This document shows, in pieces, positions 51,201-64,000 of a stretch of 64,000 nt of DNA (its first letter is position 1; each line of letters starts with the position of its first letter). This stretch comes from Tubiluchus corallicola. Taxonomy: Eukaryota; Animalia; Priapulida. A program made the translations under genes and the position numbers. The notes under the pieces are model-generated. The model searched no databases, was not told where the DNA came from, and saw nothing but the letters and a program-made list of their open reading frames with translations. Location: NCBI GenBank assembly GCA_030141605.1, contig JAQGDQ010000057.1, forward strand, positions 496,001 to 560,000, read 5' to 3'.

Positions 51201-54200
51201 TTTATTTTTTGGCCCCTAGACATCCGTGGAGTTCACTGCATTAATATATAAAAAGGATATCACACTAAAAAGGATACAAATGCATGAAATACAGTAGCAT
51301 AGCAGGTAAAAACACAAGGGAGAAACACAGACAGAAGTACAAAATCACTAGCCACAGTCAGAGAACAGAGTGAAGATACAACAGAAACTAATAAAACAGA
51401 ACTGCACTTTAAACAAATTTAATTTGTTTAAAGTAGGAAGGAATACTTCCAGACTTACCATTCATATAAGCAGCAAACTCATGTACTACAGTGTAAAGCC
51501 GTATCATCATAGCCCAGTATTCAAGGAAAGCATCCACAACTTCCCCGATCTTCTCGTTCTCGGAGATGTCATACTGGAAGTACACGTGCTGCCTCCGTCC
51601 CTGCTCCTTTTCAGACATTGTACGAAGAGGTCGCCCGTGAAAAACAAACTTAAAAAGAAACAAACAATTCAGATTTTAAAACAATGCTGTTAGTCATGAA
51701 GACAGAAAAGAAATACACTCGAATTTTAATGGGAAAGTCAATACAATCATTTTATATACAATAAACCACATGAAGAAATACACAGTACAGACCGAACAAC
51801 ATTCTTCCCTCTTACAATGTTCTTCTGCTGCTTGCACAAATCATTGTTTTCTATCCACAAAAGTTGACTAATGTAATACAATTAACGAAGGAATAATACT
51901 ATATCTAAAAGAGCATGCTGTCTAATGAATATCACAACCCATATAAAACCTCGCAAGCACACTGCTTTTCATACATAAAAAGGCAACTTAAATGTTAAAA
52001 CAATAACAATTTGATTGGTACTGTGAAAGTTAGTTATGAAGCTGAAATTGAACACTTGCAAAAAAAACAACTGAACACTATATTACATATCTGCACAGAA
52101 CTGAAACACGTTTATTACACTAAATACACATGAGTAAAATACACAAGTAAAATGAAGATCACGACTGCTGCACTGCACTGAGAGTGTGAGTCAGACAGTG
52201 TGTAGCACGACTGCACGTGACTGAGAGCGTGACAGAGAGACAGTCAGTAGCACGACTAGCATGACTTCTGCACTAACAGCGTGACAGAGAGTCAGTCAGT
52301 GGCTAGAAGTGAAATCTAGCCAGTTTATATAGGTAGAGAACTATCCAAAAACTTGGCTTCACATATCCCATTACAGTAAAAATAGGGGAGATCCAGTGAG
52401 TTTGCATATTCACTGGACCGAGCAATTGTACTAAGGGTGAGTTTAACTAGTAAAATGTTAAAGTAACTTATCAATAGATGGCAGCACCTAAAATATACAG
52501 TTACAACTTTCACAGGTACTTACTTCAATGTTCCATTTTTCATTTGCAAATTCATGCATAAATGTATCATGACAAACTCACCTCAACCACCCATAAACGG
52601 ACGGGCCTCCCACTCTGCACCCTAAAACTGCACCTGATTAATCTTCTCAATAAACTTTTAGCACCTTTTTTGTTACTTGTGGGAAGCCTGAATAAGACAA
52701 AAACAGAAATCATTCAAACAAATTTAAACCAGAAAAACTTGTGTAAAAGTAAGTGATGTTAGTACTATATACACAGCAGTCCTACTTACTATAACAGAGT
52801 CAAATCTCCTAGGGTTGAACATTTGGAAAGTTATTGTCTATTGCAACACTAGTGTATAATATAATGTCCTACATACGTGCACCTTGAAGCCAGAAAGAGT
52901 CTGTTTCATAGCAACTCTTCAAATATGTATTACAATTGAAAAAACAAGGCAACTTCTTTGAGATGCCGAATTTCAATCAACCCAATATAATTTACAAGCG
53001 CAATGAGGAAACACATGGAAGCATAAATGTAACATTAAATTTAATACCACAAAATTCACTGAACTTATTGAGTTACTTATTTAATATTTGCATTTTTGCA
53101 AGACCCGCTCATTCCAAATAAGGAGCACTAATAAAAAGAACCTTGACATGCTGGAGATACAGGGCAAGCAGGTCAGCCAAGTCAGCCATGTATTGTTTGG
53201 AAAAGGTAACAAATTATTTGTAAAAACCACGAATTGCTTTCCACACATATTTTGAAAATTAAATGTTTTTTGTAGTAATACTAATATCATAATATCATGA
53301 AATAATGCCAGGAGAGCAGATTAATGCTTACGTTACAAGTTGCCTCACTAAACCAGCTCCAAATGGTTCAACTTCAAGTCCTTTATGAGCTACTCCTCTC
53401 CGACTAAGCTGTAGCAAAATAAAAAGCCAATCTTAACGCCACACTTCTGGCTATTTAATAAAATATGTAGTTAAGGTACGTTTACACAAGCCTAGGCATT
53501 GTTCGCACACATCTACAAGCAGGAAAAATAGACACCAATAAATTTTTGGTTAAAAATGAAAATTTATTGTTCATTTAATCGTAAAATTGCTATAATACAC
53601 TTATTTTCATATAGCAAGGGTACTTAAAATAATACACCTAAGATTTAAAACTGACTATACTTAATAAGAGATTGTGCATGACACGCTGAAGCTTTAATTT
53701 TGTTAATGTTACTGGTGCCAAAAGAATTCCATTGAAAAAAATCTAGCAATTTCTAAATTCATATGTAAAAAAATAGGACAAAAAAAATCATGAGAAATTT
53801 TGACAGGAATGAATAGTAAAAAAGGATAGCTATATGTCAGACTTTCATGGAGAAATTCGGTTAATTCATGAAGAAATTATTTTTATTGGCACACAAGAAA
53901 AACTTTTATTGTATATACTGGTAGGCAGTTACAAATTTTTAAATAGCCTACTGCGGCGTACCAAATTCTTGTTATTACTTAAACCCCCATATTTTGTAAC
54001 TCATTTCGTTTGTTAAAATAACCTTCAAATTATGATCATACCTGGATCGACTTTAACTAAATATGATACAGGATATGATGGTGGCTGTGTCTTTTTACAC
54101 AGATTTAGAATAATTTTAAGTAAAAATTCCAATCTGTTATTCTGTGTCAATACAGAAAATAAATTTTTTACGGTAGTCTCTACGTATGTCGATCATATCG

Positions 54201-57200
54201 GGGTTATGATACAAAGTGATAAACTCTGAATAACACAAAAATAAATAACCACTTGTAAAAGGTGTGTTAGACTGTAAATACCTCTTCCCCAAGAAACCAA
54301 AATGGTATTTTCTCTTCACACATAGCAACCACATGAGCAAGCTCAGGAATGTAGTACCAACTTCGAAACTTTTTGGTGGCCGAATCTCCGCTCCGCCGAC
54401 TTTTACGTTTGCCTGCAGATGCCGCCACTCTCTCATCAGACTCTGTATCTAAGCAAAATAAAAGAAATACATCAATAAAAGCAAAACCGACTGGTCATAA
54501 TTGCAATCTGATTAATAACAAATACACAAGTATGATTTTAATCAAGTCCATGTTTTTTTAAGTTTACTTAAACCTAGAAAAAACAATTAGATGATCAAAA
54601 TTGGCATGATTCAAGTACTTTGAATTCTTCAGAGCCACGGGTCCACAGTAACCAGAGACCACCATCTGCACTATTACGAACGTCTGAATGTTAATGATAA
54701 TAAATCAGTGAATAATTTACTGTTTAACTTTGTTTATCACTGATTGTGCTTAGCAAGCACACTCATTCCTAACTGCAAACTGAGCAGAAATAGCATTTTG
54801 TATATTTAAAAAAAGTATTTTCGATATTTTTTGAACACAGTCTAAAAAAACATTATTTCCATTTTAATTAATACGAAAAATATAGTTTTACCTGTGACTT
54901 TGGTATAAGGCCCATGAGTTATGGCAAAATTATCAAACTCAATAAGACTAGCAACTTTCAGGAATGAGGTAGTTACTTCACCACCAGTCGCCCCATCAAA
55001 TGTCACTGGTTTTGCTATCATCATGTAATACTCTGGTGTGATCTCCTTCGAATCTTCTTCCAACTGTTTCATCTCTACAACCTGTTTTTAATAAAAAAAG
55101 TTTAATGAGCAAATGTGCATAAAAACGCTGAATAACGAATAAAAGGCAGCGATTGCACAAGTGTGTTCAAGAACAGAACCCAATCACAAGTGTGCTCAAG
55201 AACAGAACCCAATCACAAGTGTGTTCAAGAACAGAACCGAATAACAAGTGTGTTCAAGAACAGAACCCAGTCACAAGTGTGCTCAAGAACAGAACCCATT
55301 CACAAGTGTGTTCAAGAACAGAACCCAATCACAAGCGTGTTCAAGAACAGAACCCAGTCACAAGTGTGTTCAACAACAGAACCCAATCACAAGCGTGTTC
55401 AAGAACAGAACCTAATCATATGCGTGTTCAAGAACAGAACCGAATAACAAGTGTGTTCAAGAACAGAACCCAGTCACAAGCGTGTTCAAGAACAGAACCC
55501 ATTCACAAGTGTGTTCAAGAACAGAACCTAATCACAAGCTTGTTCAAGAACAGAACCCCATCACTCTTCAGAAAAACTCATAAATCATGCTGCAGGGTAG
55601 ATTTGGAGCCGGTCTCAAAATTCCCACACATAGATTAATTAAATAAGTTCAAAACGATCGCGATCTAATCTTTCTGTGGAATTGGGGGACTAACTCAGTT
55701 TCATTAAATAAAAGATATCTCATTACCTTCAGTGTTAACTGGCTGGCTTGCTTGCAAAAACAGATCTCACACAGGCTGTCTCGGACAATAACTAATAAAG
55801 CAAGCAATTACTAGCCTACATCATTATACTGCTATTTTAGTAACAATGCATTTGTTTATAACATGTTAATCTCTGGTTGAATGTTACATCTTTTGCTTAT
55901 ACACAGTGCTTATTGCTGCAGGTGAAAAGCCAAATTAGTACTCAAACAAAATACAAAAGACAAATGATCCGTACCACATAGCAACTGCTATATTTTGTGA
56001 GTGACACGTAAACCCGGTATTTACTCAGCTTAGCTAGTGGACTGTTCTCTACATCAAATAGTGGAAGACTGGTCTGACATTCGGCAAACAAATGTTGCAC
56101 GGTTTTGCTGCAACGATGCAACATCAACTGATACCTAGAGCAAAAAAACAACGAAACTTTTAGACATGACATTCAATTATTTTGCCATTAAAGATCGCAA
56201 AAATATGATAACTTGATTTTCACACATTTTTAAAAAGGCAGATGGTGAAGTCTTTTTGTGTTATTTAGAGAAAAAACAGTAGGAAAAGTTTTATTTTTAA
56301 CAAAATGAAGCAGTAAATTTTACGCTAGCATACCATAAAGACTTTGAAAAACCACTTGCACCTGTAATAACTTGAGAAACAAGCACCAGGTGATAATGGT
56401 GTGATGAAACACAAACCAAAAGCTGTTCAAGGTACATGCTGTTATAAAACAAATTAAAAGATGTGCATAAAGCACATACATATGTCAGTTTTGTACCTAC
56501 CAATCAGTAAAATAAGTTATTTCACTATTAATAATGATGTATAAACAATGATTGACAAACCACTTTTGTAGCCTAAATAAAATGAGAAAATGAAAAAACC
56601 ACACATATTTTTTAGTCACAAACAATTTAAAATGAGCATTGCCATAACAGCCAATAGACTTTATTACAATTTTGTAAATAGTAATATAATAATGATAATT
56701 CTTATTTAAAGTCAGTTTTTAGATAAACAAATAATATAAAGTGAAAGGCTTTTTCGCTGACTGTAAATAATAATTCTAAACTACATAAAAGAGAATACGA
56801 TTATCCCACTTTTATCTCAAATACCACATGCCAGACTAGGCAATAGCACGTGCCATTTTCAAAGTCTTCAGTATTTTAAACTTAATGTAAGAAGTTCATC
56901 ATCAATTACTTAATTTTATGATATATTTACCTCAGTTCACCTAGCAATTTTCCCAATTCCCACTTTTCACCATTAAGCATTTTTTCAATGTCCTTCACAA
57001 CTGTGAGACTCAAATCTAGAAAATGCAATTCAAAGTAGTAAGAAAAAACACTAGATGCAAAATTTAAATCTCATTTCCAAAAGAAACACTTTCAGTTTTT
57101 TTCATTTCTTTCTACCAATATAAGTACCATTCTCAGTGATTCAATACAAAGATACATACAGGAAGAATCAGTCATTCATAATGCCAAAAATTATAGAAAA

Positions 57201-60200
57201 ATTATAGAGACTTCTATTATACCATGAAGAGGCAAGCTGGTCAAAATTGCACCAAACAGAAAATCAACAGATATGTGAAGCTGTTCTGAACTCATACAAG
57301 GTTCTAGTAATGGTACATATAGCACTGCAGGTGTACCAGCTATCACACCTGAAAATAAATAAAAGTCATCACAATTATCTTACTTTGTTTCTAGACTAGC
57401 TCACCTTAGGAAGAACAGTTACTGGTATCACGAGTTACATCTTTTATGACTTTCACATGAAAACCGTTTTGTGCAAATCTCCATGCAAGCCCTATTGCTC
57501 GCTATTGTGCAAAAATATGTAATCCCTAATTAACAACGCAATTAATTATAAGTGACTGCACTATAGGCTTGCCCTATACCGGCAGGTGTTAAACAGGTTA
57601 GCGTCACACTGCATTTGGCAACCAGAATATTCATTAGGGTAGGTTCACACTAATAATTTCACTTGGCATTACTTAAAGTACTGTAAAACTGCCAAAACAC
57701 GTTAAATCACCATTGGATGCTCAAGCAAGTCAGAAGTGAGAAAACACACAAGTAAAAATGTTTTTTCTGCATTACTGTCTATAATAACTGGACGCCTGAT
57801 AGTCACCCACGGTACATAAAGCAACGCCTCAGCAGTGATCTCAGCGACCGTAAGAGCTAGCCGTTTTGTGGACGGTTTCAACCTGTATGGTTCTCATATA
57901 AAAGCCATATTTATTCCATTATTAAAATACTTACTTCTAAATATATCACACACTTCACCTAAGAAACTAATTTCAGATCTATACAGTTTCAGCAAACAAT
58001 TCGATTAATGAATACATCAGAAGCAATACAAGCAAAATTATCATATATTATTTGAGAAAGATATTGTAAACGTGATCAAGTGTAAACAGCTTGAATTCTT
58101 TAATAGAAATCATCTTAACCTGATACTAGATTGGACATATCACAATTAACTTAAGTAATGTATTTTCTGTATTGTCCTCCCCTTGACAAAGTACTATATT
58201 GTTCGTTTTTGTGTAAATATTCTTATTTGTCTATGCTGCTAACAAATTGAAAATTGTACTACAATTTCGAAATAAATAACAATAATTATATCCCACCTCA
58301 ATAAAGTACTCGATTCAGCAGTAGTGAAGAAACTGTAATTATTCATAGTTACAAATAAAAACAACCACTAATGCATTTTAACTATGTTAACTATTGTTAT
58401 GTTAACAAGCTTCATTTATTACACCCTGAACACGTGAGCTGTGAGTCGCGAAAGTTAGTGTCTTCACACACAAGGCATTTGACTGAGTTTTATCATCTGG
58501 TTTTATCTGACAGACCTTAATTACTTCATTGAACGCTTAGTCAATGAGTCTAACGTAGTGCCGCACTGAACACTATTAATACAGTGTGGGGCATAGAGGA
58601 ATAAAATAATATACATTATCCTTTTTATTAATAAACAATTTTATTTGGATAATTAACCTCTTGGTAAAGAAATCATAGTTTGTTCTTTCGTAAGTCGCCC
58701 ATACGGCAAAAGTGCTTTGATCTGCCTTCCCCTGCTGGCTGTCACCCTGACTCACTGCCAAACGCAGTAGTGGTAGTAGGTATAGGTACTTACTGTAGAA
58801 GTACACAGCAGAACGTGACATTTAAATTTTAATTTTCTAACATCGGATATCGTATTATAAATAATGTATGTATTTTCATTGTTGGACCCGGGTAGAAATA
58901 TTAGGCTCGTGTAATAAACAATGCGGGTAGTTGCTCGGGTACCCGATGGAAAGACTACTATGATAATTACTGCTTACATTCACTGCAGCCGTGTTTCTCC
59001 ATGGCAGCTTTAATCTCTTGTAGTTTAGCTTTGGCTCGAAAATGTATCGTGTGAATAAGCAGCCTCTCTATTGATAAATATTCAGACTAAAATGAAAAAA
59101 TAATGTTCAACTTTAAAAACAAGATTTGTATAATATAAAATAAATAACAAATAAAATTGGTCATTACCGCATAATAAATATTAACTAAATTAAAATGCAA
59201 AAGACTTACCAAATATCGTCACAAATGAATATGCAAATTTGTACAAACTTATTTCACATTGTAGAAGCTACACCAGACACAATTTTTCAATATATTACAC
59301 AAACAAATGTACCTTAATAGCTTGCTCAGCCAATTTTGCATCTTTGATCATGGGCTTGTGCACAACCTGCAGTGGTTTGTTGCTATCAGAGGGATCAACT
59401 TGCACTGTTAAAGTGTAATCACTAACAGTAACGTTTCTTACGTCTTTTCTAAAAAATCATGAATCAAATGATACTATAAAATGAAACAATAGAAAAATTG
59501 TTAACTAAAAGCAAAACTAGTAGCTTGATAAACTGTATCAGATCAATTCAGACACCATTTTTATCTGCAGTGCTAACGTCACGGACCATGAGAGCATATA
59601 TGCTATTTTTTCATTTCATTATGCTAGACTATAAAGAGTCTCTAGCCAATGCAGGTTGATGCAGCCTAAACAATTGTCACCCATCATCTAGCATCTACAC
59701 TGACATTTTGCAGAACAAAACCTATCTTTATAACACAATACAAAGCTGCAATTATTAGAATCCTCGATCTGCCTCCCTCCTCTGGGGAAGGGGTTAAAAT
59801 ATTTTGTCAATGACAAATTTTCAGTAGGTGAGAGATCATTGTAAATTTCTCACATTGAGCTGACTGGGATCCTGTCACTACACCCACCATCCTCAATCCT
59901 CCCTCTGCCCCTCCCAATCTGGATGAAGGAACAAAATATTTTGATTTATGCTGGATTATCAGTAAGTAACAGGCCACACTATTTCCTAGCATTGAGCGGA
60001 TTCAGATCCTCCTACTGTGGCTACCAAGGCTGTGCAGAGGTTGAGGTGTTTATCCGTTTATCCCCGTTCTTGATAAGCCTTTGGGATGACCTTTCATCTT
60101 TACCATCATCTTGTCCTAAAGTTACCCCATACAAAAAGTTCAAGGCTACCCTTAGTGGTTCTGGTATAACTGTTTTAAACTCAAATTGTGAACGATCGTT

Positions 60201-63200
60201 GGATAAGAGACGGCGGATGACCCTTAAGGGTTCCCAGACTTGAAAAGGAAGGACTTAAAGGTCCTAAGTGTAGTTTCTGGACTACAACAACATTAATGAA
60301 ATTGAAAACACATGCAAGTAAATACCAAACTGTTTTACTTTTCAGAGCAAAAATATGACAGTGGAACAGTGGAACAAGCTAAAGTAAGTTGGGACAGTTC
60401 TGGAAGATGTGTGATATTTGCCAATCCTAGACAAAATATATAGCCTATAAACAAACATTAACTGGTTCACCAACTAAACACTCCACATACTGGATAGCAT
60501 GGAGTTGTTAGACTTACCTCCAGTATGACAAGGTTAACAAGCGACCTGGTGCATACTCATCAATACGTATGCTAGAACCCAACCTGTCCTGATATAACCG
60601 TTCCAGCTGATAATTTAACACTTCTAACTGAAGACTTTGACAAAATGAATCTACTCAGCTGTTAAGTAACTTATAACAACAAAATTTTTTGGGCAAAAAG
60701 AAACATTTACTAATGATGTATTCAATGATTACAACTCAACTACTCTGGATATGTAAAAACCTCAACCAAATAAAAAACATAAATAATATAAATAATTGAC
60801 TGTCAATCATTTTCAACGTAGTACAGATCACTGAAATGTTGTAGTTTTTTGTGTACAAATTCTAATTAGTAAAAATGGGAGAATTTAAATTAAAGCTAAA
60901 AATTTCTGGCAAAAATGAAATACATCTTGCAAACTAAAAACTAAATGTATAAAGATTTCCAGAAATGAGCACTGAGACACAAAATAATTCAAGGTGTACT
61001 TCTAAGACTAAAAGTACTACTTTTTATCTGACAAATCAAAACTGCCTTGTAAATTTTTTTGAGAAAAATGAAATTAATTCTGTGTGCTCTGATTTGGGTT
61101 ACAACTCACAACTATTGATATATAAATATAACAATAATCGTATATAACATTAATATAATATGTATAACATTAAATGTGTATAATATTAAAAATACAACTT
61201 CATATGTGAGACAGATTGTCTCTAAGTGCATTTATAATATAACCAATATTATTTGTAAAAGATATTATAAATGTGATTGAGAATAAACAGTTTGAATAAT
61301 AATGAACTTAATCTTATCCTACATTGGATGTCAAAATTAACTTAAGTAATGTATTTTCCCCCTGACAGACTACTATATTGTTTATTCTTCCTTTTTCGGT
61401 AAATTATTATAATGTGTAAATATCCTTATTTCTTTGTGCTAATAACAAATTGAACATTGTACTACAATTTTGAAATAACTAATGATAATAAATGTTATAC
61501 CTGAATTCAATTAATTTTCTAAGATCTTGGAATACCATAGAAGAAAAAGGCACAACTAGAAAAACAGGCAAAAATTTCCAAACTTAGTACAAGTAATGAT
61601 GGTAGTGTTGGGGCAGTTTGTGTAACACCTGACTGTGCTACGTCTGCCAATGCATGTAACATGTAAAGGATACGAAGCAAACTGTAGAGATCATGAAGAG
61701 GCTGGGTATTATCAACAAGTCGTGACTGAACTAACTGATGTATGTATTGTACTTGTAGTGGATGAACTAATGATTTGCTATCTGCAAAAAATACAGCTAA
61801 CAATGATAAAAAGCTGCTTATTTACATAAAAAATTCATGCTACTATTGACTCTTTTATTAGATTAACACTTACAATATATAAATATGTTGTCTTGGAGCA
61901 AGCATTGTATAAACACAACAACCAAGTCAAGCTTTTTTAAAAGTATTTTAAATTTCATTTGATGAAAATAATGCATAAAGAAATACGTCGTACAAAAGTC
62001 ACTCACCACCACTTTCTTTATTCTGTACAAGAATGTCAATCTCCAGGAGTCGCCACGGTATGTTAGGCCCATCACCCATCAGCGTCAATGACACCTAAAA
62101 TGTGCAACACTCCATTGTATCATTCATGTCATCATTGTATCACTGCATATCATCACTCTTCCAAATGTACTGCACACAATATTTTTTGAAATTAAATAGT
62201 TTGAACAGGAAAAATAGTTTCACTAAACTTTAGTCGTCTTTAACTGATGATGCTAACATGTCTTCAGACAATTATTTGGCAGTCAGCGCAGAACAGCAAA
62301 AATATTATGGAAATTTTTTGGAAGTTTGGTCCAAAAAAGACTACGACAGTTTTAAACATTTGCTAAGTTACTAGAACCAAAATGAGAACCTACTTCATTA
62401 ACTGCCCTGAAGAAAAATTAATGCTTGAAATGTAAGAGAAAACAGGCCTGATTAATTGCAATCAACTCGCAAAAAATCAAAATAAAAACAGATGAAGAAA
62501 GAACACACTCAAAACTGCCTTCCAAGTTCAAATCTGCTTCCCAAACAATATTACTGATTGATTTCACAAAACCATAAAAAACAATAAAAAAATTGACATT
62601 TTTATTTTGTAAGAAATCAGACAGTCTACATAGCATAAGCAAACAAGCCTAACAATATGCCGCCGTAATATTATTAAAAGTGAAGTTTTTAATAGCCAAT
62701 ATTAAGAACATGGATAATGATAATAAGATAACAATAGGACGTCAGAGGAGTTAATAAGCAAGGCAATATTAGTAGAACACCAAAAAATTATTTTGTGCTT
62801 CGCAAAAATCGACACTCACCTCAAATTCATGATCGACATGAAATTTGACACGACCGTTTTCTGCAACAGAAAACCGTTTCAAATTATACACATACTTCTG
62901 TCACCAAGTTTTCACATAAATTTGACTAGTGCAGGTCAATTTATTTATAAAAGCACTTGCAATACATTAACTAAAAATCAATAAAATTGCACTCTGTATC
63001 CTAGTGAAACTTGGCAGCACCTACCTATTTCAAGATTTCTCATTTGAGCTGGTAATAAGGTTGTGACTAGTCTGTATTGGATGATGTTGTTTAGCTGATT
63101 CAGCGTCGTCTGTTTCTCAGCCTCACTCACCGGATCAGGTGGAACAATTTTATCCTGCAAACAGGTAAACTTCTCATGTAATGTGACAGCAGAGACAGTT

Positions 63201-63639
63201 TGTTTGAGTAAAGTATAAACTTAACATAAGGTTTAAGTAGAATAAAAGCTTTAGTTAACACAGTAACTTCCACTTTAAAACGCACACTTTTAGAAAAATC
63301 AGTTGAACTACACAAAAATTCATCTAGGAATATTCAGGGTAATCCTATCAGAAACAGCAAAAAATAAAACTACTTTTAGGAACCAGCGACGAGAGGTCAT
63401 GAGAGCATCTTTCACAAAAACTAATAAAAGCAGTTTAATGTAGTAATGATCTAAATTCACTGATGTGAGTGATAGGAAATTAACCTTAATATTGTCAAAG
63501 CATTTCATTTGAGCTGTTAGTAATTTCAAAAAGAGATAAACAAAGAGGTATAAAACATACTCGAATACAAGCAGGCAAACGTGGGAATGTTCCTGTTGTC
63601 AAAACATCAACAGCTAATGGTAAGGAAAAGTTTGGTAAC
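36288..63639 (-). CDS. MED14: Mediator of RNA polymerase II transcription subunit 14; 5' end outside the window, 29 exons visible
   Basis: Phase-consistent exons in 5'->3' order: 63561-63639, 63025-63154, 62820-62860, 62007-62094, 61674-61781, 60518-60650, 59313-59448, 58978-59086, 57223-57348, 56931-57015, 55975-56134, 54892-55081, 54282-54448, 53332-53408, 52582-52687, 51459-51648, 50344-50435, 49201-49353, 48440-48523, 46526-46711, 45798-46031, 45441-45654, 44882-45103, 43809-44020, 42383-42500, 41369-41538, 40519-40665, 39545-39749, 36288-36397 (TGA). MED14 motifs: [119 protein letters not shown]. Confidence 0.95.
36973..37273. repeat. 34-bp minisatellite, about 9 copies
   Basis: Unit TTATATTAGACTGTGCACAACCTGATCCTTCTCT, nearly invariant; a further partial unit at about 37333-37356. 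Confidence 0.95.
43430..43656 (-). mobile_element. tRNA-derived SINE
   Basis: The minus strand starts GGCCGAGTGTGTAGCTCAATGGTAGC (A box) ... GGGTTCAATTTTCG (degenerate B box), followed by a non-tRNA body. It does not give a complete cloverleaf. Confidence 0.55.
44605..44735. repeat. Degenerate (CACACTTG)n-like simple repeat
   Basis: Repeated cttgcacaca / catgcttgcaca units. Confidence 0.75.
55156..55562. repeat. 29-bp minisatellite, about 14 copies
   Basis: Unit CACAAGTGTGTTCAAGAACAGAACCCAAT with minor variants; the units are head to tail with no unique spacers. Confidence 0.95.
58110..58295 (+). repeat. AT-rich interspersed repeat (probable LINE 3' end); second copy at about 61310-61500
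   Basis: Both copies share AATTAACTTAAGTAATGTATTTTC, GTGTAAATAT.CTTATTT and AACAAATTGAA.ATTGTACTACAATTT.GAAATAA. Confidence 0.7.
60651..61673 (-). other. U12-type (minor spliceosome) GT-AG intron in MED14
   Basis: 5' splice site GTATCCTTT. Branch site TTACTTAAC (60661-60669) ends 10 nt before the exon, and there is no polypyrimidine tract. Confidence 0.85.
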
Positions 63640-64000
63640 CTAAAAAACACATTAAATGTGAACAAACATAGTCTCCAATATCCATTGCATCTAACAAACA
63701 AACAAATTTCAAAATTTTCAATTACAGTTTTCAAGGCAAAAATTAAATAGCAGCAAAAATGTGTTTAATTAATTTAGCTTTATTTATAGAAGTTTCCACT
63801 CAAGACCGTATTCAAATATTTTTGAATAATATTTATGCGACATAATCAGGGCTATTACATTACAAGCCTATTTAGCAGCATACAAATTCTTGAGTCAAAC
63901 TTGCCATAGCAGAGGAAATCTACCCAATTTCTATTATGCAAGGAAAATATACACATCAAAAATTCCATATGTAAGTATTTAACTTGATCTAAGTGAATAG

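Noticed and set aside
55156-55562. 29-bp repeat array as a CRISPR array or repeat-protein ORF
   Set aside because: The units are contiguous with no unique spacers, there are no cas genes, and it lies in a eukaryotic intron. The ORFs are repeat artefacts.

Overview
AT-rich, intron-rich eukaryotic DNA, probably from an invertebrate animal; the taxon cannot be fixed from the sequence. I reconstructed three spliced genes by hand with consistent GT-AG phases. (1) A 3-exon FAHD1-like fumarylacetoacetate-hydrolase-family gene (+, 756-4825) has substitutions at normally conserved catalytic positions. (2) A 5-exon gene (+, 10095-29742, 371 aa) consists almost entirely of two tandem STING cyclic-dinucleotide-binding domains joined by a short Pro-rich linker. 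It has no N-terminal transmembrane or TIR domain and no C-terminal TBK1/IRF tail. (3) The last 29 exons of MED14 (-, 36288 to >63639) include a U12-type intron. The rest is transposable elements: a young 5'-truncated CR1/L2-group LINE inserted at a STING splice acceptor, degraded CR1, CRE and RLE-type LINE fragments, hAT, Tc1/pogo and Kolobok-like MITEs with TSDs, a foldback-like element, a tRNA-derived SINE, and minisatellites. The main candidate for a new system is the soluble tandem STING-STING protein, whose two half-pockets differ and whose upstream region carries two kappaB-like sites. All homology calls come from motifs I recognised by eye; no database search was run.
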